From positions 2,176,001 through 2,240,000 of the forward strand of contig OZ241907.1 in assembly GCA_965203515.1 (NCBI GenBank): a stretch of 64,000 nt of DNA. The letters are read 5' to 3'. The position numbers and the translations under genes were made by a program. This DNA comes from Spirochaetia bacterium (GTDB lineage: Bacteria > Spirochaetota > Spirochaetia > SZUA-6 > Bin103). Position 1 is the first letter of the stretch, and each line of letters opens with the position of its first letter. This document shows positions 1-9,723 of the stretch, piece by piece. The notes below the pieces were generated by a model. The model was not told where the DNA came from and did not search any database. It was given only the letters and a program-made list of their open reading frames with translations.

Positions 1-1144
1 CGATGCCATGCGCGGCGCCGGGTTCGAGGCGCGGCCGCTCTTCGCGGCAGACGAGGATGGAGCGCTCGATCAGCCCCTCCTCCGCCAGCGCGCGCAGGCC
101 GCGCAGGTGCTTGTCGTGGACGCGCCGGGCGGCCGTGGTCTCGATGGCCACGCGTCCATCCAGGATGAAGTCGACTTCGTACCCTGAGCGCGACCGCCAG
201 TAGGCGAGCCGCGTCCGCGGGCGCCGATAGTCGATCCAGGTGCGCAGCTCGTGGAACACGTAGTGCTCGAAGAACTCGCCGAAGTCCGCCGACGCCTCGT
301 CCACCGGCGGCAGCCGCCGCAGCGCCCGCACCACGCCGGTATCGAAGAAGTAGAACTTGGCGGTCTCGATCGCCTTGCGCTTGACGGTGCGCGTAAAGGG
401 AGGCAGTTCGTCGGCGATGAGCGTGTCGGTCAGTATCTTGTACCACTGCACCACGGTCTGGCGCGGCACCTGCGCGTCCCGCGCCACGTTGGAGTAGTTC
501 AGAAGCTGGGCATTGGTGGTGGCGGCGGTCTCCAGAAAGCGGGCGAAGCCGGGCAGGTTGCGCGCCCAGCCCTCCGCCGCGATTTCCTCGGTCAGGTAGC
601 GGTCGACGTAGGAGGACAACTCCTCGTCGGGATCGTCGGACAGGTAGTGAGGCGGCAGCAGCCCATGGTTGAGCGCCCGCTCCAGCGAGAAGCCGGTGTC
701 CTGCAGCTCGCACCAGGAAAACGGGCGCATCACCCGGTCGCTGCCGCGCCCGCCGAGCAGGTTGACGCCCTTGCTGCGCAGCGCCCGCGCGCTCGAACCG
801 GTGAGCAGGAACCGAATGCCGCGCGTTTCGATCATGAGCTGAACCTCATCCATCAGCTCCGGGCACTTCTGGATCTCGTCGATGCAGATCACCGTGTCGC
901 GCAGGCCTCGTGCCTCCACTTCGCGGCGGACGCGCGACGGGTCGGCCAGCACCGAGGTCAGCAGCCCCCGGTCGAGCAGGGTGAACGTGAGCTCCACGCA
1001 GTCGGCGAGCTGACTGCGGACGTAGGTGGTCTTGCCGGTCTGGCGCGGCCCGAACAGGAACACCGACCTGCGCGCGAGGAGCCGCTCCAACTGCAGGCGG
1101 CGCGGGATCAAGACAGCTCGTGCGTCACTGGCGCCCGCTGACAT
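1..1144 (-). CDS. AAA_14/DUF4143-family ATP-binding protein (3' end runs off the window)
   Basis: Manual minus-strand translation from ATG 1144 (alternative in-frame ATG 1168): LFGPRQTGKTT (Walker A), CIDEIQK (Walker B), LTGS, KFYFFDTG, FEHYV, YWRSRSGYEVDF. Missing from the ORF track because there is no stop inside the window. Confidence 0.85.
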   Translation of the reverse strand, partial: MSAGASDARAVLIPRRLQLERLLARRSVFLFGPRQTGKTTYVRSQLADCVELTFTLLDRGLLTSVLADPSRVRREVEARGLRDTVICIDEIQKCPELMDEVQLMIETRGIRFLLTGSSARALRSKGVNLLGGRGSDRVMRPFSWCELQDTGFSLERALNHGLLPPHYLSDDPDEELSSYVDRYLTEEIAAEGWARNLPGFARFLETAATTNAQLLNYSNVARDAQVPRQTVVQWYKILTDTLIADELPPFTRTVKRKAIETAKFYFFDTGVVRALRRLPPVDEASADFGEFFEHYVFHELRTWIDYRRPRTRLAYWRSRSGYEVDFILDGRVAIETTAARRVHDKHLRGLRALAEEGLIERSILVCREERPRLEPGAAHGI

Positions 1145-1168
1145 GGCGATTATCAGGATAACCGCCAT
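1143..1168. promoter_or_regulatory. 26-bp near-perfect palindrome ATGGCGATTATC-AG-GATAACCGCCAT over the ATPase start, beside the array trailer
   Basis: 11 of 12 arm positions are complementary; function is inferred (operator or hairpin). Confidence 0.4.
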
Positions 1169-1200
1169 TGGCGATGGCATCAAGGCGAGCTGGCCGCCGT

Positions 1201-4200
1201 TGTCCTACCCCTCATGGGGATCGGAAACACGCGGTCGGCGGCGGCCGCGTCATGTCGTCCTCATTACCCTCATGGGGATCGGAAACGGCGAGTGCCGGAC
1301 CATGGCGAAGGGCAGGGAGTCGCCCTCATTACCCCTCATGGGGATCGGAAACCACCCAGGCGGCGAGCGCTGCGGCGGTGATCGACAGACGCTCATTACC
1401 CCTCATGGGGATCGGAAACAGTGCCCACGTGATCGTAGGTGACCCACTCCGACACCTCATTACCCCTCATGGGGATCGGAAACGACCAGCCGGCCGGCGG
1501 GGCCGCGGTGCCGGCGTAGGTCTCATTACCCCTCATGGGGATCGGAAACCTCAAGGTATGCAGCGTGGAATGGAACCGACGAAGCCTGTCTCATTACCCC
1601 TCATGGGGATCGGAAACCTGGATCAGCGCCGCCTTGGATTGATCCAGCTCCGACTGCTCATTACCCCTCATGGGGATCGGAAACTGCCGATGGCGGCGGT
1701 GGGCGAACGGCGCTACCCGGTCTCATTACCCCTCATGGGGATCGGAAACACGTCGCCTACCGGTGACAGTCCGTCGGTCTCCTTGGTCTCATTACCCCTC
1801 ATGGGGATCGGAAACCGCGCATCAGCACGTCAAGGCGCCGGGCGGCCTTCGTCTCATTACCCCTCATGGGGATCGGAAACCCCGGAAGCCGACCTCCAAG
1901 GCAACGTACAGGTCCCCTCATTACCCCTCATGGGGATCGGAAACATGAACTCGCCATCGACAGCTACGATCCGGCAGCCGTACTCATTACCCCTCATGGG
2001 GATCGGAAACTGGTCACGCATGCCGCCAGGCAGGCAGCAGCGACTACGGTGCTCTCATTACCCCTCATGGGGATCGGAAACCCGCGTACAACAGGGCGAG
2101 GGGGAACCAATGACCGACTCATTACCCCTCATGGGGATCGGAAACTGGGCGGCCTTTGCCGCTGGCCTACGACCTCTCGTCGTTCTCATTACCCCTCATG
2201 GGGATCGGAAACCCGGGTGAGCCAGGCGTCGGGGAGACTCCACGAGACCGCCGCTCATTACCCCTCATGGGGATCGGAAACGCGTCATACACCATCTTGG
2301 TGAAGCCCGGCCGGTCCACCTCATTACCCCTCATGGGGATCGGAAACCGGCTGGCTGCAGCAGACGCGCGGGCGGCGGGTCTGGCCCTCATTACCCCTCA
2401 TGGGGATCGGAAACTCGATGCCGGCGCCTGGTCGCAGCCGGCTGACTCATTACCCCTCATGGGGATCGGAAACCACTGGTACGCCGCAATGCGATATACC
2501 GTCTTCGAAGTGTACTCATTACCCCTCATGAGGATCGGAAACGAGGAGGTGGCCGAGGCCGAGCTCCGGCGGGTGGCGATCGCCCTCATTACCCCTCATG
2601 GGGATCGGAAACTCCTGCGTGTTGCTGACGTGGTCTGCCTGGGCCCGGCACCTCATTACCCCTCATGGGGATCGGAAACTCGTCGGCGGCGAGCGGCGCT
2701 GGCGGGCCTGCCTGCGCATCGACGACTCATTACCCCTCATGGGGATCGGAAACCCGTCTGTCATGCGCACGGCGCCGCGCCGGCGACCATTCTCATTACC
2801 CCTCATGGGGATCGGAAACCACCACCACGCGCTGAAGACCTATCAGCAGGCCATCCTCATTACCCCTCATGGGGATCGGAAACTCGCCGCCGCCATCGAG
2901 CAGGGCATGGTCGGCGCCATCCTCATTACCCCTCATGGGGATCGGAAACCTCACGATAGGCCCTGAGCGTCTCCAGCGACCCCAGCACTCATTACCCCTC
3001 ATGGGGATCGGAAACTGCTGCCGCGTCCGCCGCCTCGGACCACGTGATGCCCTCATTACCCCTCATGGGGATCGGAAACCTGGCCGCCGAGCTGATGAGA
3101 CTGCTACCAGCTCAGTCTCATTACCCCTCATGGGGATCGGAAACCCCGGCTGATGAATGGGAGCGTCGCCTAGGTCCGCCTCCTCATTACCCCTCATGGG
3201 GATCGGAAACACCCCGCCGACGGCGCCGATCAGACCGCCTCCCAAAGCCTCATTACCCCTCATGGGGATCGGAAACATGCCGATGGCGGCGGTCGGGCAG
3301 CGGTCCTACCCGGTCTCATTACCCCTCATGGGGATCGGAAACCTGGGCCGGCCTAGAGGGCGACATGGACCGTCCCCAGCCGCTCATTACCCCTCATGGG
3401 GATCGGAAACGCGGTAGGACTGCGGCACCAGCCGCGGCGACTCGGTCTCATTACCCCTCATGGGGATCGGAAACTCCCCTGAGATTGAGCATGGATTTTA
3501 CTCCCTCGGTCTCATTACCCCTCATGGGGATCGGAAACCCGGTCACCAGCCCTGTCTCGGCCCCGTCGACCTCCAGCTCATTACCCCTCATGGGGATCGG
3601 AAACTGGATACCATGTGTACGTGAGTGCCTTGCCATTCGGACTTGGTGTTCTCATTACCCCTCATGGGGATCGGAAACACTACCTGGACCGGCAGGGCCT
3701 ACGGCGGCTCCGGTCTCATTACCCCTCATGGGGATCGGAAACTCGAGCGGCTGCTGCGAGATGGCGCGGAAGAGCTGCTCATTACCCCTCATGGGGATCG
3801 GAAACCTCGGTGCTCATGAGCGCCGTCTGGGGTCGGCTCGGCGAGACTCATTACCCCTCATGGGGATCGGAAACGTGAACGCGCGCGCGTGCTCCTCGCG
3901 CCAGACCTCGCCTCATTACCCCTCATGGGGATCGGAAACGCGCGGCGGACGCCGGGCACCGACTCTGCCAGATAGCCTCATTACCCCTCATGGGGATCGG
4001 AAACCCCTCCCCGCGTGCGGCAGGATCAGACCGGGCACAACGTCTCATTACCCCTCATGGGGATCGGAAACCTCCCGCAACAACCGCGCCAACTGGGCAT
4101 CGGACACTCATTACCCCTCATGGGGATCGGAAACCGCGGTTGCTCGAAACCCGTGACGCTGACGACGTACTGGCCTCATTACCCCTCATGGGGATCGGAA

Positions 4201-5076
4201 ACCTCCGGGAGCGCGGGCTGCGGCTCCCAGTCGATGAGCTCATTACCCCTCATGGGGATCGGAAACCTGACGATAGGGGGCGGCGCCGCCGCCCCCTCGG
4301 TGCCCATGACACTCTCATTACCCCTCATGGGGATCGGAAACTTTCCGCTCCGAGCAGGCAGTGACCACGCCATCACACTCATTACCCCTCATGGGGATCG
4401 GAAACAGTCTCCCCGCGACCACGGCCCGACCAAGTGAGCAAGCACCTCATTACCCCTCATGGGGATCGGAAACCCTGAGCCTGTCCGGGGTCCCGGCCGG
4501 CGACCTCTCGCTGTCCTCATTACCCCTCATGGGGATCGGAAACCGCCGCCGCGCCTCCATGCGCCGATACCAGCGCTGGGAGGCAGCTCATTACCCCTCA
4601 TGGGGATCGGAAACGCCGTCGCCGTCGTACCGGAGCCCGGCGCAGCCACGGTCTCATTACCCCTCATGGGGATCGGAAACGTGTAGCCGCTGCCAGGGTC
4701 GGTGACCATGATGCCAGGCTCATTACCCCTCATGGGGATCGGAAACAAGGACACGACGGTTGCCAGCAACTTGGGGTTGGTGGCGACTCATTACCCCTCA
4801 TGGGGATCGGAAACGCGAAGACGGCGGCACGACCTGGCGATGTCTCCCCGATCTCATTACCCCTCATGGGGATCGGAAACTCCAGGCCGCCGCCGCCGCA
4901 GGGCTGGCGGACCCGAAACTCATTACCCCTCATGGGGATCGGAAACGACGACAGCCTGCCGGAGCCCCGTGGTCTCCGGAGTCTCATTACCCCTCATGGG
5001 GATCGGAAACGCGGCCCGGCGGGGCCGCTCAAGAGCCGCTCAGTGGTCCTCATTACCCCTCATGGGGATCGGAAAC
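1201..5076 (-). CRISPR. CRISPR array, 59 repeats and 58 spacers (31-47 bp); repeat CTCATTACCCCTCATGGGGATCGGAAAC on + (GTTTCCGATCCCCATGAGGGGTAATGAG on -)
   Basis: Counted directly. Repeat 1 (1201-1228) has 5 mismatches at its left end, repeat 2 (1260-1286) has a 1-nt deletion, and the repeat at 2515-2542 has G>A at 2531. Internal hairpin CCCC-TCAT-GGGG. Strand is inferred from degeneracy at the left end and cas2 at the right end. Confidence 0.98.
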
Positions 5077-5220
5077 CCTCTCACTGGGTCTGACAGCTTC
5101 TTGAGGCACACCGCCGTCGATGGCCACGCCTCGAATATCCAGAAATGCCCCACCTGGTGGCGATTCGTGCGCCTGAGCCCCAGCGAAAAGGGGTTCTAGC
5201 CTCAAGCGCAGCCTTGAATT
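5077..5220 (-). promoter_or_regulatory. Putative CRISPR leader
   Basis: 144-bp gap between the cas2 stop and the first perfect repeat; not notably AT-rich. Confidence 0.6.
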
Positions 5221-5520
5221 TCACAGCAGTGACCAGTTCTTTCCATGCCAATCGTCTTCCTGTTGACGCATATGACCGCCGAGTGCCTCCTTGCTCAGTC
5301 TAGCGACATCGACGTTATGACGGTTTCTGCACACGAGCTTCATAATTTTATCCTCCGGCTTGATCTTGCGAGAAATTTTATCTACCATTCTTATGACTTC
5401 CGATTCGGGAAGATCTCCCATGAATACCGACGCCTGCTCGTGTACGAGGTACTCCTTGAGCAGTTTCTTGTAAATTTCCGTTCGGTGCGCGGGAACGTCA
5501 TAGCATACGACGACGAAAAC
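5221..5520 (-). CDS. cas2: CRISPR-associated endoribonuclease Cas2 (~99 aa)
   Basis: xFVVVCYDV...KKLLKEYLVHEQASVFMGDL Cas2 signature directly after cas1. The expected start position is GTT at 5520, preceded by SD-like GGAGAGGG. Confidence 0.9.
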   Translation of the reverse strand, partial: VFVVVCYDVPAHRTEIYKKLLKEYLVHEQASVFMGDLPESEVIRMVDKISRKIKPEDKIMKLVCRNRHNVDVARLSKEALGGHMRQQEDDWHGKNWSLL

Positions 5521-5524
5521 CTGA

Positions 5525-6505
5525 CTACCCTCTCCATACGAACGGCTTGAAGTGCCCGATTCCCAGCGCCTCCCGCTCCAGCGACATACACTGCCGGTGA
5601 ATCGCTTGACGCAATGTCTCGGTGCCGCATCGTTCTTCGATTCGCGACCAGAAGCGCTCCGTGGTCCTGATTCTGCCTTTTTCGCTGAGCAGACACACGC
5701 CCGGCATCCTGCTCCACCACGACTCATCGAGCTTGCCGCGCCGGAACGTCGACAGGATAAGCGCATCGGAAAGCACCGGTCGGAACGTCTCCGCCATGTC
5801 GATCGCAAGCGACCGTCGCCCTGTCCCCGGGGAATGCAGAAACGAGATGCTTCGATCCAAGTGTGTCTTGGCAAGCTCACTCGCACATGCGGAATAGAGC
5901 AGCATGTTGAAGAACGACATCAGGCAATTCACAGGATCCGGCGGCGGGCGGCGCACTCTGCGCTCCAGTTTCGCTTCCGGGCATACTCGCCCGAAGGCAT
6001 CATGCAGGAATGCTCGGGCCAACCCCTCGGCACCCATCAGCTCCTCTTGAGTACCAGCCCGGTCGATTACGTCGAGTGCACTCTCGATGCCTTCCACCGA
6101 AATCTCGAGCCCGGACGTACCGTTACGACGATAGCGCTGCAATAGCCCTCTCATCGAGCTGGCCTGCGCCCGTACTATAGCTTTGGCTATAAGCAGGCGA
6201 TCCCGTTCGTCCAGGAACAGTTTTGCCTGGCCAATTCGGACTCTCCCGGATGGCGTTTCATCCTCCGGCTCGAATGCACCCAGGAACCGGCCGCCCGCAT
6301 CGAGAACCGTGAAGCGAATGCCGTGCCGGCCCATGTCCTTGAGAAGGCGAATGGAAATCGATCCTTCGCCCATGCACACCACGTGCTTGACGCCGTTCAG
6401 AGGAATCGACTTGCGTCCCGCCTCCGATGTCACGACCAGTGCGTTTTCGTGTCTGTTCAGACGTGCGTCCCGCGGGATGATGACCGTGTCCAACTCAATC
6501 TCCAT
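5525..6505 (-). CDS. cas1: CRISPR-associated endonuclease Cas1 (326 aa)
   Basis: LMGAEG, RRPPPDPVNCLMSFFNMLLY, SFLH, SLAIDMAETFRP, with the catalytic E/H/acidic residues present. Start taken at ATG 6505, overlapping the cas4 stop. Confidence 0.95.
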   Translation of the reverse strand: MEIELDTVIIPRDARLNRHENALVVTSEAGRKSIPLNGVKHVVCMGEGSISIRLLKDMGRHGIRFTVLDAGGRFLGAFEPEDETPSGRVRIGQAKLFLDERDRLLIAKAIVRAQASSMRGLLQRYRRNGTSGLEISVEGIESALDVIDRAGTQEELMGAEGLARAFLHDAFGRVCPEAKLERRVRRPPPDPVNCLMSFFNMLLYSACASELAKTHLDRSISFLHSPGTGRRSLAIDMAETFRPVLSDALILSTFRRGKLDESWWSRMPGVCLLSEKGRIRTTERFWSRIEERCGTETLRQAIHRQCMSLEREALGIGHFKPFVWRG

Positions 6506-7031
6506 CCCAACAAAGCAAGCTGCAGCTACAGGCGTCGCAAAGACGGATGCGCTTGGCAGCCGGACACGGACCAGCCCTGAGGTCACCGCTTTGTCGAGCA
6601 TCCCGAATGAGCTGGTCGAGCACATCCTCCGTGATGTCATAAACGATCTTCTTCCGGGATCCGTATACCTGGACCTCGGCACGCCATGGTTCACCCGTCG
6701 CACCCATCATGAACGCGGCATAGAACAGCGCCTGCCGAGATACCGCGTCGCGCGCTTGGGCGCTGCCCTTCCTCTCGATCACGAGTCGCCGTTCGAAGTC
6801 GATCGCGTCCGGCGCGATGCCAATCCCGCGCGGTACGTCGGCCGATCGTTTCTCTGTCTGGTGAAGGGCGAGACCTCGACGTACCCGCGCGTGATGTACC
6901 GCATGGGTGGCACCCATCAGATGAAGCCAAGCGCGCCGGCGACACAGAGCGACATGCTGGAAGTAGAGTCCATGTAAATCGTATTGTTCGGACAGCTTAC
7001 GCAAACATCGCGCTTTCTGCAGAATCTTCAT
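6495..7031 (-). CDS. cas4: CRISPR-associated exonuclease Cas4 (start uncertain)
   Basis: CRRRAWL, GLALH, PD...IERK nuclease motif, QALFY, C-terminal CDACSCSLLC Fe-S cysteines. Confidence 0.9.
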   Translation of the reverse strand: MKILQKARCLRKLSEQYDLHGLYFQHVALCRRRAWLHLMGATHAVHHARVRRGLALHQTEKRSADVPRGIGIAPDAIDFERRLVIERKGSAQARDAVSRQALFYAAFMMGATGEPWRAEVQVYGSRKKIVYDITEDVLDQLIRDARQSGDLRAGPCPAAKRIRLCDACSCSLLCWDGD

Positions 7032-9048
7032 AGTCCTCGTCCAGAGGCGGCCTGCCGAGCTTCTCGACCAGGGCCGTGGCGGCCCCCATCACTCTCCTGC
7101 GCGGGTCGCGCACCTTCTCGTCAGTTCTCGGGATGAACCGAACGAACCGATGCCGCCACTCCTCGATCAAACGGATATTGAGTCCCTCGGTTCCCTTGTC
7201 CATTTCTCTGATCGAAACGGAAAAGCTCCCTTCGTCGATCGGTGACCGAACGTACAGAGTCAGCCGCTGAGCATCCTGGCGGCCGGGAAACGCTCTGATT
7301 TCTTCTCGCAGAGTCCGCGACATGAGGTGAACGACTCGTTCCCCGTCTTCTTCAGTCGCGATGTAACGGTTGCGGATATCGGTGGCTCTTCTCAGGAAGG
7401 ACTCTGTTACCGTGAAGCGATCACCGTTCGGATCCACAACCACGATCGTGGTCCCGATGTCGCGGTAGGTCAGAGCGCTTGCGAGCAGCGCGTCCACCCA
7501 CCTCCGGTGCGGTTGCGACTGGCGACGGAGGTTGTCGTTCACGACGTCAACCGACAGAATCTCCGTGATCTTCGCCTCGACGAACTTCACGACGCCGGGG
7601 GCGATGTCACGCAGTCGAGCGTTCGCTTCCCTCTGCACGCGCATCTTCTTCCGCCGGATGGCAACGATGAACAGAGCGGCCCAGAACACGCCACGCCACG
7701 AGGCGCGACGATAAAACGGGATCATCGCAGCATCCGACTCGAAATCGGTTGCCGCTTCCTCCCGCGTAGGCTCCAGGCGGCGTCGCACGTCATGGAGCAT
7801 CTCATCGATGAACGTCTGCACGCCCACCTCGTCATGCCGCTCGGCGACATCGGCGATCCGCCGTGTCCAGGCATGGCGATTACGCCGCTGACCGGACAAC
7901 GACACAATGACCCGGCCATCGCAGGCGCCACGCGAGACACGCCCGACGCGCTGCACGAAGCTGGAGAGTCCATGACCGGGTTCGGTGAACATGAGGGTAC
8001 TTCGGAACGTGACGCCGTTTTCCACTGACGAAGTACACAACAACAGGTCGTAGGAGAGGGGATCATCGTAGCGACGGCCGCGTCGCGAATCACCCGGTTT
8101 CCTTTTCGAATCATCCATGGAATTGATCGGCAGCACTCTGATATTCCCGAGTCCGCTTTCGACCAGAGTCGTCCGTATCGCCGGCTCGTCCTGTATAAGT
8201 CGCTTCTTTGAGTCGTAGATGACGATGACGGTACGGCCGCTGGCGATCGACGCTCGCACGGCGTCGATGTTCCGCGCGAAAGACTCCGGGAGCGAGCACT
8301 CGCGCACGGAGATAGCGACGTTGCCATGGATCGGGCGATGCCCCGGATGATGTCCATCGGTGACCTCCTCCGCGATCTTGTCAATGTCGTCCCGACCGAC
8401 GCCTACTCGCTCGAGCACCTTCGTAACGTCAATCGGCGTCGCCGACAGGAGTGAAACCCGCCCACGGCGTTCCGAAACGGCAAGCATCGAAAGCAGGCAG
8501 GAGAGTCCAAACGATCGGTCGTCGATTGTGTGGAACTCGTCGAAAACGATGTGGTCGAAGCGGCGTAGATAGAGAAAGGGATTGACTACGCTGGCCCCCG
8601 TGACCGCGATACCGGAAATCATCCCGACCACCACTTCCGGTATGGCGAAGATGACGCGACCGCCCGAATGCGCACCACCGTCGAGGAACTGGCGCACCCT
8701 GACCGTGGTCAGTCTGGAGCGTCCATCCGTAGCTTGGTTACCCGACCATTCGACGATTCGTTCGTCGATCCAGGCGTCGATCTGCGCGTCGCCCAATCCA
8801 CGCTTGCGAAGGTGCTGCCGAGCCTGCTCATTGGCGTCGTCGATCAGGTTCTGCAACAGACGCTTGGTCGGCACGATGAACAGCACGTGCGCGCCGTCGT
8901 CGAGCACTGCCCGCATGAAGGCGTACGACTTGCCTGCGCCGGTCGGCGCCGACACAAGCCGTACCGGCTTCTCGGAACGCAGCAGGCGCTCCTGCATCGG
9001 CGACAGGCCGCCGGGCAGCGTCCGTACCGAATGCGATCTGACGGTCAT
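6997..9048 (-). CDS. cas3: Type I-D Cas3' SF2 helicase without HD domain
   Basis: APTGAGKS, VPT, DEFH, SAT, TSSVENG and QRVGRVSR helicase motifs; no N-terminal HD domain, as expected for I-D. Confidence 0.9.
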   Translation of the reverse strand: MTVRSHSVRTLPGGLSPMQERLLRSEKPVRLVSAPTGAGKSYAFMRAVLDDGAHVLFIVPTKRLLQNLIDDANEQARQHLRKRGLGDAQIDAWIDERIVEWSGNQATDGRSRLTTVRVRQFLDGGAHSGGRVIFAIPEVVVGMISGIAVTGASVVNPFLYLRRFDHIVFDEFHTIDDRSFGLSCLLSMLAVSERRGRVSLLSATPIDVTKVLERVGVGRDDIDKIAEEVTDGHHPGHRPIHGNVAISVRECSLPESFARNIDAVRASIASGRTVIVIYDSKKRLIQDEPAIRTTLVESGLGNIRVLPINSMDDSKRKPGDSRRGRRYDDPLSYDLLLCTSSVENGVTFRSTLMFTEPGHGLSSFVQRVGRVSRGACDGRVIVSLSGQRRNRHAWTRRIADVAERHDEVGVQTFIDEMLHDVRRRLEPTREEAATDFESDAAMIPFYRRASWRGVFWAALFIVAIRRKKMRVQREANARLRDIAPGVVKFVEAKITEILSVDVVNDNLRRQSQPHRRWVDALLASALTYRDIGTTIVVVDPNGDRFTVTESFLRRATDIRNRYIATEEDGERVVHLMSRTLREEIRAFPGRQDAQRLTLYVRSPIDEGSFSVSIREMDKGTEGLNIRLIEEWRHRFVRFIPRTDEKVRDPRRRVMGAATALVEKLGRPPLDEDYEDSAESAMFA

Positions 9049-9060
9049 CGACCCGCGGAC

Positions 9061-9723
9061 TTATGACCAGCCCGACGTGACCCGCAACGCCACGTCGGAT
9101 TCGAGTGGCTGGCTGGGCTGGATGTTGTGGAGGCGGTACGGGCCGGCTTGCAGGTCGATGCCGGGATCGAACAGCCGCGCCGTATGCAGATTGATGCAGA
9201 TGTCATGCCCCTCCGCGCAGCGTTCGAGCAGGCCGACGCCATTGCGGCCAAGCCCAAGCCGGATGACGAGCCGCTCGCCTCGCTCCCCACCGTACATTTC
9301 GTGTGCGATGCGCAGCGGGTCCGCGTGGATGAACCAGCCGTAGAAGACCGAACCAGCACCCACTTCCTGGATATGGTAATAGTCCTTGATGTTTCCGCTC
9401 TTTCGCGCGTCGTCCACGCTCTTCGGCATACCGCACTCGGCATCCAGGTTGAGCCGGCGCGCCAGCGGACGGTTCAGCCGATTGTCATGGCCGAGGAACA
9501 GCGTCGTCTTGAACGGCAAGGCCGCCACGTGGCGGCGATAGTCAGGTGTCGACGGCAGACACGGCGATCGCGGCATCATGCCGAGTGCGAACGCCGTCCC
9601 AAAGGCGATCGCGGTATCGGTCACGACATCGTTGAGCGTGGCCGTTCCCGAGGGCACGGCGAGCCCGTGCCATGCCCAGGGAGACAACGCTGTCAGTCGA
9701 TATGGAAAGACGACATCGGTCAC
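9061..9723 (-). CDS. csc1: Type I-D Cas5/Csc1
   Basis: RAMP-like N-terminus, TDTAIAFG helix, GSVFYG, IRLGLGRNG glycine loop; lies between cas7 and cas3 with an ATGA overlap. Confidence 0.8.
   Translation of the reverse strand: MTDVVFPYRLTALSPWAWHGLAVPSGTATLNDVVTDTAIAFGTAFALGMMPRSPCLPSTPDYRRHVAALPFKTTLFLGHDNRLNRPLARRLNLDAECGMPKSVDDARKSGNIKDYYHIQEVGAGSVFYGWFIHADPLRIAHEMYGGERGERLVIRLGLGRNGVGLLERCAEGHDICINLHTARLFDPGIDLQAGPYRLHNIQPSQPLESDVALRVTSGWS

Noticed and set aside
251..1141. 296-aa + strand ORF
   Set aside because: Antisense shadow of the minus-strand AAA ATPase, which carries the real motifs.
1229..5048. Self-targeting spacers within the window
   Set aside because: None noticed by eye; not exhaustive, needs an alignment.
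1026..5199. Many ORFs with repeating SLPLMGIGN/HYPSWGSET/LITPHGDRK peptides
   Set aside because: They are translations of the CRISPR repeat, which has no stop in the three + frames; not proteins.
5521..5886. N-terminally extended 221-aa Cas2 or a Cas1-Cas2 fusion
   Set aside because: The extension is an alternative frame of cas1, which has its own stop at 5525.
6997..9048. Cas3 lacking HD as a sign of a nuclease-dead or transposon-associated system
   Set aside because: The HD domain is on Cas10d, as is normal for I-D; no tns or tniQ genes are present.
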